Virus record (IMG/VR): IMGVR_UViG_3300020172_000524
Location: 1-64,000 of that record
Strand: one strand, 5' to 3'
Origin: a virus
Lineage: Duplodnaviria; Caudoviricetes
DNA: 64,000 bases
Shown: in pieces, positions 27,293-37,658 of the stretch
Numbering within the stretch: position 1 is the stretch's first letter
Layout: every line of letters begins with the position of its first letter
Notes under the pieces: generated by a model
The model's input: the letters and a program-made list of their open reading frames with translations, nothing else
The model's database searches: none
Told to the model about the DNA's origin: nothing
Translations under genes and position numbers: made by a program

Positions 27293-29953
27293 ATGTTAAG
27301 AAGCAATCTTTTTAAGAGATTCAGTAAGAAGAAATTCGAAGATGCAGGTACTGTAACAAAACCTGAAGAAACAGGTTTGTCTATACCTACCGTAGAAGAT
27401 ATTAAAAAGAACTTTGGTATTAATAATCCCTTTGTTCTAGATGGTTATACTACTCCCGAACAACCTAAAGGTACTGTTAGTACTACTGAAAGTTCTTTTG
27501 CCCCAGGTACATTTAGCGACCTAGTTAAGAGTCCTATGTTTACTACAGGATTTTCTCCTTTGAATCCTTACGATATCAATCCTAAGACTCCAGAACCAGA
27601 GCAAGGTCCAATGACTAAGGAACAGAGTGATTACTTTGTTCTAGATCAAAGTATGCCAGAAACTAAAACTCCTGAAACCAAAGAAGATAACAGACCTGCT
27701 ATGGTCTCTTTAGGCTTACTAGGATTTAATGCTTTACTTGGTAAGAACGAAGATTTACAGAATCAACAAAGTTTTAACGAATCAATTCAACAAAGAAACT
27801 CTAAACCTATTAATGACTATAACTTTAAGTACGGTCCTAATAGCAGTGGAGGTACAGAGTTTCAACCTACAATCAAAGCCGAAATGGGTGCAAAAATAAA
27901 CAAACGTTATGCTAGTGAAGGCATGAACGATGTAGAGATTGAAGGAGGAGAGTTTATCCAACTTCCAAACTTAGAGACAGAAATGGCTGAAGGGCTTTCT
28001 CACGAGAATGGAGGTATTCCTACTAATCTACCTAATCAGACTCGTGTCTACTCTAACAACTTAAAGCCAGAAGGTTCTAAGAAAACTTTTGCTCAGCTTG
28101 CTAAGAACTACGATACTACTTCATATAAGAAGATCTTAGACAATAACTTTGCTAAGCAAGTAGATAAAGATACTGCACAGATAATGATGCAGAGAAACCA
28201 AAAGATCCTAGATCAATTGTTTTCAGATCAACAAGCAATGAATGGCAACTCTAACGGAGAGTTAGAAGCTAAGAATGGAGCAGGTATTAATAACCCAGGA
28301 TTTAAATCATTACCTGGTTATGTACAAGCTAAGATTATGTCTAATATGGCTGATGGAGGAGTGGATGATCCACTAAACGAGTTACCTAGAGTAAAAGCTA
28401 TTGATCCATTAAACTTAGCAGCTATGAGTACTCTTAATGCAATTGATCCTATACAAGAGTCATTTAGGCCTTTTGCTATGCCTGGGGGTCAAGTACCTCC
28501 TGCTAATAAAATGGAATACTTTGAGAGAGCATACTCTGATATCCTTTCTCAGAAGTTAAAGCCTAGAGCAACTATGATTGATCCTAGTGGTGATCTTCCT
28601 TCTGTTAAAGCTATTGATCCTACTAACGTAGAAGCAATGAAAACTCTTGCTCAATTAGAGTCTCAGTCTAACGTAGATGCACAAGAAAACCCTACTTCTA
28701 GTGCTTCTCCTGCAATGACTGCAGCAGCTAATACTTCTAATATTGCAGCTCGTAGTAAGAATGCAATGTTTGATCCTACCAAACCTGCAATGCCTGCACA
28801 CACTGGTCCTGAAAAACAATTCTTAACAGGTATAGATCCTAGTATAGATCCAAGTTTACAGATGGTTCCAGGAGTTCAACCTAGCTTAGGTACAGGTGTA
28901 TACGGAGAGGCTTCTAACATTGAGACCTTTACTAAGAATTATGGTTGGTACTTGGATGACTTGAAAGCAAGTGGAGAGACATTTGATCCTAAAAATGAGG
29001 GTAGTGTTCGTAGAGCACAAGTTGCTTTTACAGAAGAAGCTTATAACAGATTTAGAAGAGAAGGACTTTCAGAACAAGAAGCAAGAACTAAAGCAGACGA
29101 AGTAGGATTTACTGCAGTAAAAGGTTTACAGAATTCTGTAGATGACATGTTAGGATTGTACACAGCAACACGTGTACTTCCTGAAAGCAAAAAGACTCCT
29201 ACTCCTGTTACTCCTGGAGATAAACCTTTTATGGATTTAATTGATGGAGAGACTCCTCAGCCAGAAAAAGGTAAGTCTAATATTCCTAGAACAGGAGAAA
29301 CTCCAAAAGGAACTCCAGGAAGAACCTTTACTCCTGCGGGATCTCCTGCTAAAGGTAAGTACATTCCAGGACAGTTTCCTTTGTATCAGGCTATTCCTGA
29401 GGCTATGGGATTAGCTCAAGCACAACAGATTTATCCTTATGCTATTCCTGAGATTGACTCTCCTTACGTACGTCCTCAAACATTAAACATTCAAAGTCAA
29501 TTACAAGATATTGATAGCATGGCTACTGCAACTCAAAGAGCAGGAGGAGATCCTTTGACTACTTACATTGCAGGATTAGACGCTAAACAGAAAGCTTTCC
29601 AAGCTAAGCAAAACTTTGATGCTCAGGGACGCTCTCAAGCTGACATGGCTAATGCTCAAACTAGAATGCAAGCTGATCAAATCAACGCTCAGTACTTTGA
29701 TCGTGTATATAATAATTTAGTAGGTCAAGCAAGAGATGCACAGTCTGCAGAAAAACAAGCAGCTATTGCAAGCGTTACAAATAAAAAGGCTAAATTTACA
29801 CAGGACGAAACTAAGAAGTCTGCTTACATTAATGCTTTAATGGAAAACTACGATGTAGACTCTAAAGGTAACTTTACTTTAAAGCCAGGTAAGAATCCTG
29901 TTATAAATTCTAATCCAGCAAAAACTGCCAAGAAAGGCATGTATAAAAAATAA
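27293..29953 (+). CDS. Virion cargo protein (crAss-like)
   Basis: VEIEGGE...SHENGGI...VYSNNLK...TFAQLAK motif; Pro-rich; several xxxGG/GA motifs; no Cys. Confidence 0.65.
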   Translation: MLRSNLFKRFSKKKFEDAGTVTKPEETGLSIPTVEDIKKNFGINNPFVLDGYTTPEQPKGTVSTTESSFAPGTFSDLVKSPMFTTGFSPLNPYDINPKTPEPEQGPMTKEQSDYFVLDQSMPETKTPETKEDNRPAMVSLGLLGFNALLGKNEDLQNQQSFNESIQQRNSKPINDYNFKYGPNSSGGTEFQPTIKAEMGAKINKRYASEGMNDVEIEGGEFIQLPNLETEMAEGLSHENGGIPTNLPNQTRVYSNNLKPEGSKKTFAQLAKNYDTTSYKKILDNNFAKQVDKDTAQIMMQRNQKILDQLFSDQQAMNGNSNGELEAKNGAGINNPGFKSLPGYVQAKIMSNMADGGVDDPLNELPRVKAIDPLNLAAMSTLNAIDPIQESFRPFAMPGGQVPPANKMEYFERAYSDILSQKLKPRATMIDPSGDLPSVKAIDPTNVEAMKTLAQLESQSNVDAQENPTSSASPAMTAAANTSNIAARSKNAMFDPTKPAMPAHTGPEKQFLTGIDPSIDPSLQMVPGVQPSLGTGVYGEASNIETFTKNYGWYLDDLKASGETFDPKNEGSVRRAQVAFTEEAYNRFRREGLSEQEARTKADEVGFTAVKGLQNSVDDMLGLYTATRVLPESKKTPTPVTPGDKPFMDLIDGETPQPEKGKSNIPRTGETPKGTPGRTFTPAGSPAKGKYIPGQFPLYQAIPEAMGLAQAQQIYPYAIPEIDSPYVRPQTLNIQSQLQDIDSMATATQRAGGDPLTTYIAGLDAKQKAFQAKQNFDAQGRSQADMANAQTRMQADQINAQYFDRVYNNLVGQARDAQSAEKQAAIASVTNKKAKFTQDETKKSAYINALMENYDVDSKGNFTLKPGKNPVINSNPAKTAKKGMYKK

Positions 29954-29964
29954 AATTTAAACCT

Positions 29965-31653
29965 ATGCCAATTTCAGCACAACATACCAAATTTGTCTAT
30001 CCTGATTATGTATCTGCTTTACCAGCAGACGACTTAATCAATCTTGCTGTTAAGAAGCAAGAGATGTACACTGAGGGACTAGCTAAAGTACAACAGAACG
30101 TAGATGCTTATGGCCAGTTAAGAAACAACATTAAAACAGACGTAGAGCGTGAGTACTTTGATAAAACAATGGATAACCTAGTTAACACCATTAACCAAAG
30201 TGCAGGCTTAGACTTTTCTATGAAAGGTAACGTACAAGCTGTTTTAAACATTGGAAAACCCTTAGAAAGAGACGAATACATTACTACTGCTATTTCTAAC
30301 GGTAAAGAGATTACTCGTAGACAAGAAACTTTATCTAAACTTAAGTCTAATGAAAGAAGTGCTGCTAATGATGCAGATTACTTTGAAGATGTTCAAGACT
30401 ACATGAAGAGTGGTAAACTAGGTTACAAGTTAGGCACTAAAGAATACACTCCATACATTGACATCTCTAAGGAGATCAATGAACGTATGAAGGGAGCTAA
30501 AGAAAACGGTACTGTAGATATTATGATGGATGGTAAATACATTCGTACTGAATCTACAAAAGGTTTAACTAATGATCAAGTTGCTGCAAAAATTAGAGCA
30601 GGACTAGGAGGTAAAGAATATAATCAACTTCGTATAGATGCAATGTATGACCTTAAGCAAAGAGGAGTAGAACAGGGACATGCTGAGGTTGTTAACTACT
30701 ATAGTAATCTTAAACAAACAAGCGAAGCCATTCTATTACAAAGCCAAAACAATCTTAAAGCAGCACAAGATGCTTACGCTAAAGCTCCTACAGAAAGTGC
30801 AAGACTAGATCTTGAGGCTGTTAGAGGTCCTTTAGAAGAAGCGAGAACTCAAGTAGAAGTTGCTAATAAAAACTTAACTCAAGTATCTGATATAAACAAT
30901 TTCAATCCTAATCAATACGTTAATTTGTTTACAGATAAGTTTATCTCTAATCAGTCTAATGCATATGTTTACAAACAGGTAGAAGCAAAAATTGAAGCTG
31001 ATCCTTACGGTACAATTGAAGCAAATTCAAAAAAAGCAATGAACTTAGCTGCATTTAATAGTCAGTTACGTAGAGAAGAAGATAAAGAAAAAGAAAATAG
31101 AGCTGCTGCTAAACTTCCTGCTGATGCACGAGTTATCTCTGGTCTAGATGTCTATGACTTAGGAAGAGATCCAATTAAGTTGATGGATAATATAGTACAG
31201 AACTCTACTAAAGTAGATCCTCAAATAGGAACTGATATAACAGAAGCTAAGGCTTTATTAGAAGCAGCAGCTATTTCTACTAATCAAGGAAGAGCAGACA
31301 TTCAAAAAGCTATTACTTCTTTAAGAAATTCTTACAATTCTCTTTTAACAGATCACGATGTACAAGACAAAGCTTTAGATGGTCTGATAAGAAAGACTCA
31401 AGCAATACTTTCAGGATACAATAATTATGAAAGTAAAATTTCAGCTAAAGATAGTAAGTTTAAGAAAGGTGAATTCCCTGAAGTAAATTACGGTCCTGGA
31501 TCAATGCCAGCTGATGAATACTTTAAACTTCCCTTTATGGAGTTGTTACAATCTGATCAGACACAGATTTACTCTAGATCTCAAAGATCCGAAGGTAGCA
31601 TGGATTGGATGAACAACGTTCCTCTTACTCCTCCTTCTTCACCAACAACATAA
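29965..31653 (+). CDS. Virion cargo/ejection protein
   Basis: Helical and Cys-free; AVKKQEMYTEG...AGLDFS...YTPYID pattern; precedes the giant proteins. Confidence 0.6.
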   Translation: MPISAQHTKFVYPDYVSALPADDLINLAVKKQEMYTEGLAKVQQNVDAYGQLRNNIKTDVEREYFDKTMDNLVNTINQSAGLDFSMKGNVQAVLNIGKPLERDEYITTAISNGKEITRRQETLSKLKSNERSAANDADYFEDVQDYMKSGKLGYKLGTKEYTPYIDISKEINERMKGAKENGTVDIMMDGKYIRTESTKGLTNDQVAAKIRAGLGGKEYNQLRIDAMYDLKQRGVEQGHAEVVNYYSNLKQTSEAILLQSQNNLKAAQDAYAKAPTESARLDLEAVRGPLEEARTQVEVANKNLTQVSDINNFNPNQYVNLFTDKFISNQSNAYVYKQVEAKIEADPYGTIEANSKKAMNLAAFNSQLRREEDKEKENRAAAKLPADARVISGLDVYDLGRDPIKLMDNIVQNSTKVDPQIGTDITEAKALLEAAAISTNQGRADIQKAITSLRNSYNSLLTDHDVQDKALDGLIRKTQAILSGYNNYESKISAKDSKFKKGEFPEVNYGPGSMPADEYFKLPFMELLQSDQTQIYSRSQRSEGSMDWMNNVPLTPPSSPTT

Positions 31654-31664
31654 TTAGACTGCTA

Positions 31665-34600
31665 ATGCCTAAAGAACCTGTATATAATGTATCACCTAAA
31701 AGTGGGATATTAACTAGTCGAACAGTAAACTTAGCAGATCCTAATGTATCTAATGCATTAGTTTATGCAGACATAAGTGCTAGAAATACTCAAGCACAAG
31801 TAGCTCAGATTAATCAAAAGAAAGAAGCAGAAAGACTTAAAGCAGCAAATGATGCTAAGATTGACGAAGCATTGGAAGCAGCAGCTAAGATTAACTTAGA
31901 AAACGCAGGAGCATTTAATACTAATGTTTTTGGACAACTAGCAGGAAGTGCAGACTTACCTGCTTTTACTATTAAACCACCTGCAGGATCTCAGGTATTA
32001 GCTGGAGGTAAGTTTAAGTTACCTGATGGAAGAATTATAAGTTCAACTTCTCTTGCTGCACCTACACAAACAAAAGCACAACCTACACCTGATCAACTAA
32101 TAGAACAAGAGACTAAAAGATCTAGATCTATTATTGAGGATAGCTTCGGAGCAAAAGATCCTATTTCAGAAGATCTTAGTAAAAAAATAGAACAACTAGA
32201 ATCTCAAATAGCAAAGATAAAAGTATTTGATGAAGAATCTGTTAGTCAATCTACTACTGCAGCTGCAGCTTGGGGGGGACAACAAGATCCTTTGTTGAGT
32301 GCCTATTTGTTTAATGCAGGAAGTAGAGTTGCTAGTGGAGAAACTAAAACAAATGAAGAGATTTTACAAGATAAGAAAAAACTTCAAACTCAATTAACTG
32401 AACTTAAACAAAGTCAAGTAGCAATCAACTCTTTTAAAGCTGATTTACAGATTAAAAAAGTTACTACAGATTATCTTACTGAGTTAAAAGGACAAGGTAA
32501 AAAGTTTGGAGAGCAAGATGCAGCAGCTTTAGTACAGAAATCAAAAGAGATTACAGCAAACCAAAGACATTATACTAGGGGAGATGAATTGTATGACGAT
32601 AATACATACAATACTTACATAAAAGAATTTCAAGGAAAGAATGATTTCTTTGACTGGAGACATACTGAAATGAGTTTAGGTAATGCAATAAACTCTGTTT
32701 ACGAACAGATAAAGACTGCAAAAGGGCCTGAGAGAGAAGAGTTAGTAGGAGTTCTTGATCAACTAACCAAGTATAATAAAAAACACGAGAGTTCTAATAA
32801 GGATGCTTATGACCATTACTATGGAGGATCAAAACAGTACTATAAAGAAAAAACCCCTTGGAAAACATATTTAGGTAACCAAGTTGGAGGAGGGGTTACA
32901 GAAGGATTATATAATGCTTTAGGTACAATAACTAGTGCTTCTCAAGATTTATTAGGATACCACTCTGCTGCATTTGCTACAAGACAAAGTAAGGATAAGT
33001 ATTTTTCAGCCGACATGCTTCAAGCAGACTTAGATGGAGATGGCCAAATTACAGAAAAAGATAAAGACATTAACGGGCAACATCAGTACATTGGAAAGAA
33101 TGTTACCTACACAAAAAAAGATGGAAATATAGGTTTTATTGGGCAGTCTGTTTTAGGAGCTTCTGTAAGAACTCTTGCAGAAATGGGACCTACTCTTTTA
33201 GCAACACACGGACTAATGAAAGCAGGAGTAGGAATGAGGACTGCAACTTTTGCACCTGTTGCTTTAACTTCTACTATTCGTTCTTATGAAGAGAATCGTA
33301 AATGGTTTAAAGATAAAGGAACTGCAGCTTTAGTGAGTGGTATTCAAGGAATTATTGAAGGAGCAACTGAATCTATTGTTCCAGACATTAGTTACTTTAT
33401 GGGTAACAAAGGATTAGGAACAAAGGCTTTGTCGGGTTTTAGCAGAAAATATTTTACAGCTCAGACTTTAGTTCCTGAGTTTACAACACTTTCTAAAGGA
33501 GCAAAGAACTTTTTATTAGGAACGGGTTATGCAGGACTAGCTTTAGGTAAACAAACTTTACAAGAAGGTTTTGAAGAAGAACTTTCAATGTTTGCTAACT
33601 ATGTTTTAGATAAACAAATTAAAACGCAAGATGATGCTTATCTAAATACTGAAGGAAAACTAGGAAGACCTCAAGAGTTAGATGACAGTAGTGTAGGAGG
33701 ATTCTTTAAATCAATAGCTCAGACTTTTGTAGAATCTGCAGCTGCTGGCTTACTTATGTCTGGTACTGCTATAGGAAGTTCTCGTACTCAGGATAGAAAC
33801 TACATGCGATTTAACATTGCAAATAATCCTGAGCAGTTTAAAGCAGAGCTCAAGACTCAACTAGAAGAAAAGAAAATTACCCAAGATCAATACAATAAAG
33901 GAATCTTGGAAACAGGTCGCTTAGCTCAACTACAAGAACAAGCAACTAATACTATGATGAACTTAGTAGACTCAGAAAATCTACTACAAGATCACGATAA
34001 ACAATATGAATATTTTTCTCAATTACTTACTAGAGATGATCTACTACAAAAAGTAGATTATAATTCTTTATCTGAAACAGAAAAAGAAGAGTATGTTAAG
34101 AAAGTAGAGAGTGTAGAGAAAGATATAGATAAGTTTGAGAATTCAGCAAGACAGTATGCAAATATGCCTAAAGAACAAAAAGAAGGCATTCTTGCTAAGA
34201 TGGTTCAAAAAAATCTTGAAAGTGTAAAGACCACAAATAATCCTGCAGTTCTTGCTAAAAACTTAGAAGCTATTGATGATGCTATTCAGATAGGAGAGAA
34301 GACTGGTAAAGGCTCTCAAGTAATGCTTTTAGGCAGACAACAAATAAGAGAAGCTTTAATAGGACAGATACAGAGACTTCAGACTGTAGAAGATAATGAT
34401 AATACTGTATTTGAGAATCAATTATTAAATAGCCCTATAGAATCTTCTGGAGAATCTATGCAGATTAGTAACGGAGTACGACTTGCAGCTTTAGTAATGC
34501 AAAACTCTAATCTTATTAGGTCTGAAGTTCAAACTCAACTTTTAGATAAAATTAAAGTTGCTTCAGAGACTGCTCAAAGTAGAATGCAAAATCTATCCAG

Positions 34601-37600
34601 AAGAGAACAAAAGAAAATTGCAGCAAGAGAACTTGCACGAGTAGAACTTATTCATCCAGGAACAGCATTTAATGCAGACGCATTAGAGCTTCTTTTTAAG
34701 TTAGATTTAACTCCTGAAGAACATTCAGATGTAGTAAGAGATGCTTCTGTTATAACTGCTAGAGAAAAAGAAAAGATTCAAGATGAAGATATCTTCCAAC
34801 CTACAGAGAAAGACACTGTAATTGATTCTTTAATCAAGTCTTTTGAGTCTCAGCCTTTAGAAGTTCAAGTAGAGAACGAACAAGGTAACTTAGAGACAGT
34901 AAGAAACGAAGAAAGAAAGACTAGGGAGATGAGAGCAATCTTTGCTATTCCCAGATCTAAATCTAAAGAACAAGCTAAGAATAGAATTAAATCTATTTTT
35001 AAAGCTATGGGATATAGTGCAGAGGATATTAACAAAGCACTAGAAGATCTTAACCAAGTGTTTGATAATCAAGAGGTTACAAATCCTGGTGACATTTATA
35101 CTTCATATTTAAGATTCTTAAATCCTACTTTACTTAAAGGTTTACCTGATAAGGTTGTTCCACAAGAAGACATTCTAGCAGAAGAAGCTCCTACAGAAGT
35201 AGCAGCAACTCCTACAGAAGTAACTCCCGTTGTTGAAGTTACTCCTTCTACCTTAGAAGAAGATGAACTGTTTGGAACTAACGAAGAGATTGATGCAGCA
35301 AGAGAAAAGAAACTAGAGATTCCTGAAGTAGATCCAGCTGACCAAGTTGTAGAAGTTACAGTAGAAGCACCCGTAGTAGAAGATGAGTTTGATGGCTTAG
35401 AGGTAGTTCCTGTAAATACAATAGAGTCTTCTGACTTAGTAGCAACTACTCCTACTTTCTCTACAAGTAGTAACTCTGCAGTACAGGGTTCTATCATGAA
35501 GACTATAAGCAATTCTGTAGAGTCCTTTAACTTAAAGTTGGTAGATATGTTTTCTTTCATTAGAGAGACTTTAGGAGAGTCATCTATATCTACTCTAGAG
35601 AACATCTATAATAACGTAACAGAGGCGCTTAAAACAAACAACCTAGAAGCTATTGCTAGACTTAAAGAAGACTACTTAGCTGTATTCAGTGGTAGTACAT
35701 TTGCTAATGAGCAGTTAGAGTATATCTGGAAAGAACAGTATATAAAAGGAAAACCTGATGCTTCTATTCCTTTTCAAGACTTAGCTTATGTTACCAACGG
35801 ACAGTTTGCTATAGCATATCAAGGAGATGAGGTAATTGTTACTGGAGTAAATAAGCAAACAGGAGAGATGTTTACTTATAATGCCACTGTAACAGGTAAA
35901 GTAAACGAATCAAATCAGATTGAAGTTAAGACTCGTAATGGTAAAATAGTTTATATTAAAAAGAGTAACCTTCAAACTATTGCTTTTAGGCCGATTAATG
36001 TAAGAACAACCTTCAACCAAATTAACTCTGTAATGATTACAGCAGTAGATAGAACTAGTGGAGAGATTGCTAAGTTTAATTCTAACGGAGAAAGAGATGC
36101 TCAAGGAGATACTCAGTTAAATGTGTTTGCTCCTAGAGAAAACGATACCATGAAAGAAGTAAGAAAGAATCTTGCTTCAGGTCAACCTATCTCTCACACT
36201 CTTCCTATTCATACAGGAGCTAGAATAAACAATAGTGCTGCTTATAAAAAAGGAAAGAACTCTGTTTACTTAACTGCTTCAGTTGCAGGCATAGATACTA
36301 GTATTCAAACAGTAGAGCCTGAGATAGAAACTCCTGCTCAACCTCTACCTATTTCAGAAGAGGTTGTTAAAGAAACAGAAGCAAAAATAAAAAGAAGAGA
36401 CTTATTTGATGGTGTAGGAGAATTTTCTAGGATACTAGGAAATAGTGGAGTAGATTCAGTTCCAGTATCACACTCTGAAAACAATGGTATAGAATTAGTT
36501 CAGTATGCAAATCCAAAAACTGGATCTGTAGACGTTATTGTAACTGGAACTTCAGAAAATGACTTTGTTGGTTTCTATCGTATTTACGAGAACGGAAAGC
36601 CAACAAACAAGTGGAGTTCAAAGTTTGAAAACCAGTCTAGGAATAAGGAAAACTTCAAGACAATGATCAGTGGCGTACAGTCAATGCTACCAAGTGATCA
36701 TGAATATACAGAAAAAACAAGCATCTCTACCGATGGTTTAAGAGTTTGGAACCAACAACTTGATAGAGGTTACGAGTTACAGTATGACGAAAATGGAAAA
36801 TTAAAAACAAACTTAGTAGCCATTAATGGGGATGCTATTCAAAATGAATTAGGTATACCTGTAAACAAGGGCAATTTTGAAAATATAAAAGTAAAAACAG
36901 AAGAAGAGTTTGAAATATCAAAGAAAGCTTTGTTGCCTTATCTAGAAAAACTAGGGTTGAATGAAAGCAATATTTATTATAACTCTGGTACTATTAAAAT
37001 TGATTTGCCTATATTAAAAAAATCTTTACCTACTCAAGCTACTGCTACTACAGCACCTTCAGTTGATATAAGTAAAGAAGTTATACTTAGTGGTTTAAGG
37101 GGGGGATTTAAAGCAGTGTCATACTCATCATTTGATATACGAAGTGATGAGAATGTAATCAATCAAATAGAAAGAAACAAGTCATTTTCAACTACTATAG
37201 AAAGAAAGGGCAAAAAATACGTATTAGTAGGGTTACGTATAATTCAAGATGTAGGCGCTACAACTTTAGGTAGGGATGGTTACTCATTTGCTATGATAGA
37301 AGACAATGGAAGTTTACCCAGTAACATTGTAGACCTTCTTAAGGAACAAGCTATAAACAATGTTTCAAACATATATCCAAACATTGATGCTGTTGAATCT
37401 TCTTTCGAGCCAATAAAAGTACCTGTTCAATTAGTTGCTTTAGAACAACCAGCATTTGAACCAGAAGTAACTACTAACTTAAGTAAAGATGAGTTAGCTA
37501 TTCTTTCTTTTGATGTTAGTTCTATTGAAGGACTTGAGGGAGCTACTGAGTCTTTAGACCAGAATACTAGCAAAGAGATAGATGATGCAGGTAGCTGTAA

Positions 37601-37610
37601 GATTAATTAA
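31665..37610 (+). CDS. Giant virion-packaged/ejected protein (1981 aa from the ATG at 31665)
   Basis: Gly/Ala-rich membrane-like segments, QEGFEEE motif, acidic linker, C-terminal accessory domains; the single Cys is 4 residues from the C-terminus. Confidence 0.7.
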   Translation: MPKEPVYNVSPKSGILTSRTVNLADPNVSNALVYADISARNTQAQVAQINQKKEAERLKAANDAKIDEALEAAAKINLENAGAFNTNVFGQLAGSADLPAFTIKPPAGSQVLAGGKFKLPDGRIISSTSLAAPTQTKAQPTPDQLIEQETKRSRSIIEDSFGAKDPISEDLSKKIEQLESQIAKIKVFDEESVSQSTTAAAAWGGQQDPLLSAYLFNAGSRVASGETKTNEEILQDKKKLQTQLTELKQSQVAINSFKADLQIKKVTTDYLTELKGQGKKFGEQDAAALVQKSKEITANQRHYTRGDELYDDNTYNTYIKEFQGKNDFFDWRHTEMSLGNAINSVYEQIKTAKGPEREELVGVLDQLTKYNKKHESSNKDAYDHYYGGSKQYYKEKTPWKTYLGNQVGGGVTEGLYNALGTITSASQDLLGYHSAAFATRQSKDKYFSADMLQADLDGDGQITEKDKDINGQHQYIGKNVTYTKKDGNIGFIGQSVLGASVRTLAEMGPTLLATHGLMKAGVGMRTATFAPVALTSTIRSYEENRKWFKDKGTAALVSGIQGIIEGATESIVPDISYFMGNKGLGTKALSGFSRKYFTAQTLVPEFTTLSKGAKNFLLGTGYAGLALGKQTLQEGFEEELSMFANYVLDKQIKTQDDAYLNTEGKLGRPQELDDSSVGGFFKSIAQTFVESAAAGLLMSGTAIGSSRTQDRNYMRFNIANNPEQFKAELKTQLEEKKITQDQYNKGILETGRLAQLQEQATNTMMNLVDSENLLQDHDKQYEYFSQLLTRDDLLQKVDYNSLSETEKEEYVKKVESVEKDIDKFENSARQYANMPKEQKEGILAKMVQKNLESVKTTNNPAVLAKNLEAIDDAIQIGEKTGKGSQVMLLGRQQIREALIGQIQRLQTVEDNDNTVFENQLLNSPIESSGESMQISNGVRLAALVMQNSNLIRSEVQTQLLDKIKVASETAQSRMQNLSRREQKKIAARELARVELIHPGTAFNADALELLFKLDLTPEEHSDVVRDASVITAREKEKIQDEDIFQPTEKDTVIDSLIKSFESQPLEVQVENEQGNLETVRNEERKTREMRAIFAIPRSKSKEQAKNRIKSIFKAMGYSAEDINKALEDLNQVFDNQEVTNPGDIYTSYLRFLNPTLLKGLPDKVVPQEDILAEEAPTEVAATPTEVTPVVEVTPSTLEEDELFGTNEEIDAAREKKLEIPEVDPADQVVEVTVEAPVVEDEFDGLEVVPVNTIESSDLVATTPTFSTSSNSAVQGSIMKTISNSVESFNLKLVDMFSFIRETLGESSISTLENIYNNVTEALKTNNLEAIARLKEDYLAVFSGSTFANEQLEYIWKEQYIKGKPDASIPFQDLAYVTNGQFAIAYQGDEVIVTGVNKQTGEMFTYNATVTGKVNESNQIEVKTRNGKIVYIKKSNLQTIAFRPINVRTTFNQINSVMITAVDRTSGEIAKFNSNGERDAQGDTQLNVFAPRENDTMKEVRKNLASGQPISHTLPIHTGARINNSAAYKKGKNSVYLTASVAGIDTSIQTVEPEIETPAQPLPISEEVVKETEAKIKRRDLFDGVGEFSRILGNSGVDSVPVSHSENNGIELVQYANPKTGSVDVIVTGTSENDFVGFYRIYENGKPTNKWSSKFENQSRNKENFKTMISGVQSMLPSDHEYTEKTSISTDGLRVWNQQLDRGYELQYDENGKLKTNLVAINGDAIQNELGIPVNKGNFENIKVKTEEEFEISKKALLPYLEKLGLNESNIYYNSGTIKIDLPILKKSLPTQATATTAPSVDISKEVILSGLRGGFKAVSYSSFDIRSDENVINQIERNKSFSTTIERKGKKYVLVGLRIIQDVGATTLGRDGYSFAMIEDNGSLPSNIVDLLKEQAINNVSNIYPNIDAVESSFEPIKVPVQLVALEQPAFEPEVTTNLSKDELAILSFDVSSIEGLEGATESLDQNTSKEIDDAGSCKIN

Positions 37611-37645
37611 TAAGAGTTAAAAGTAGTATAAATACTAAACTAAAG

Positions 37646-37653
37646 TATATTTG
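37646..37653 (+). promoter_or_regulatory. -7 element TATATTTG 5 nt upstream of the RNAP start codon
   Basis: Exact TAnnTTTG match in an intergenic gap; no clear -33 TTG. Confidence 0.55.
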
Positions 37654-37658
37654 TAAAG

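Noticed and set aside
31605-31664. Upstream start of the 2001-aa ORF
   Set aside because: It overlaps the end of the previous gene; the ATG at 31665, 11 nt after that stop, is more plausible.
33025-33065. EF-hand-like DLDGDGQITEKD in the 1981-aa protein
   Set aside because: A single isolated loop without a partner motif is too little to call a Ca-binding domain.
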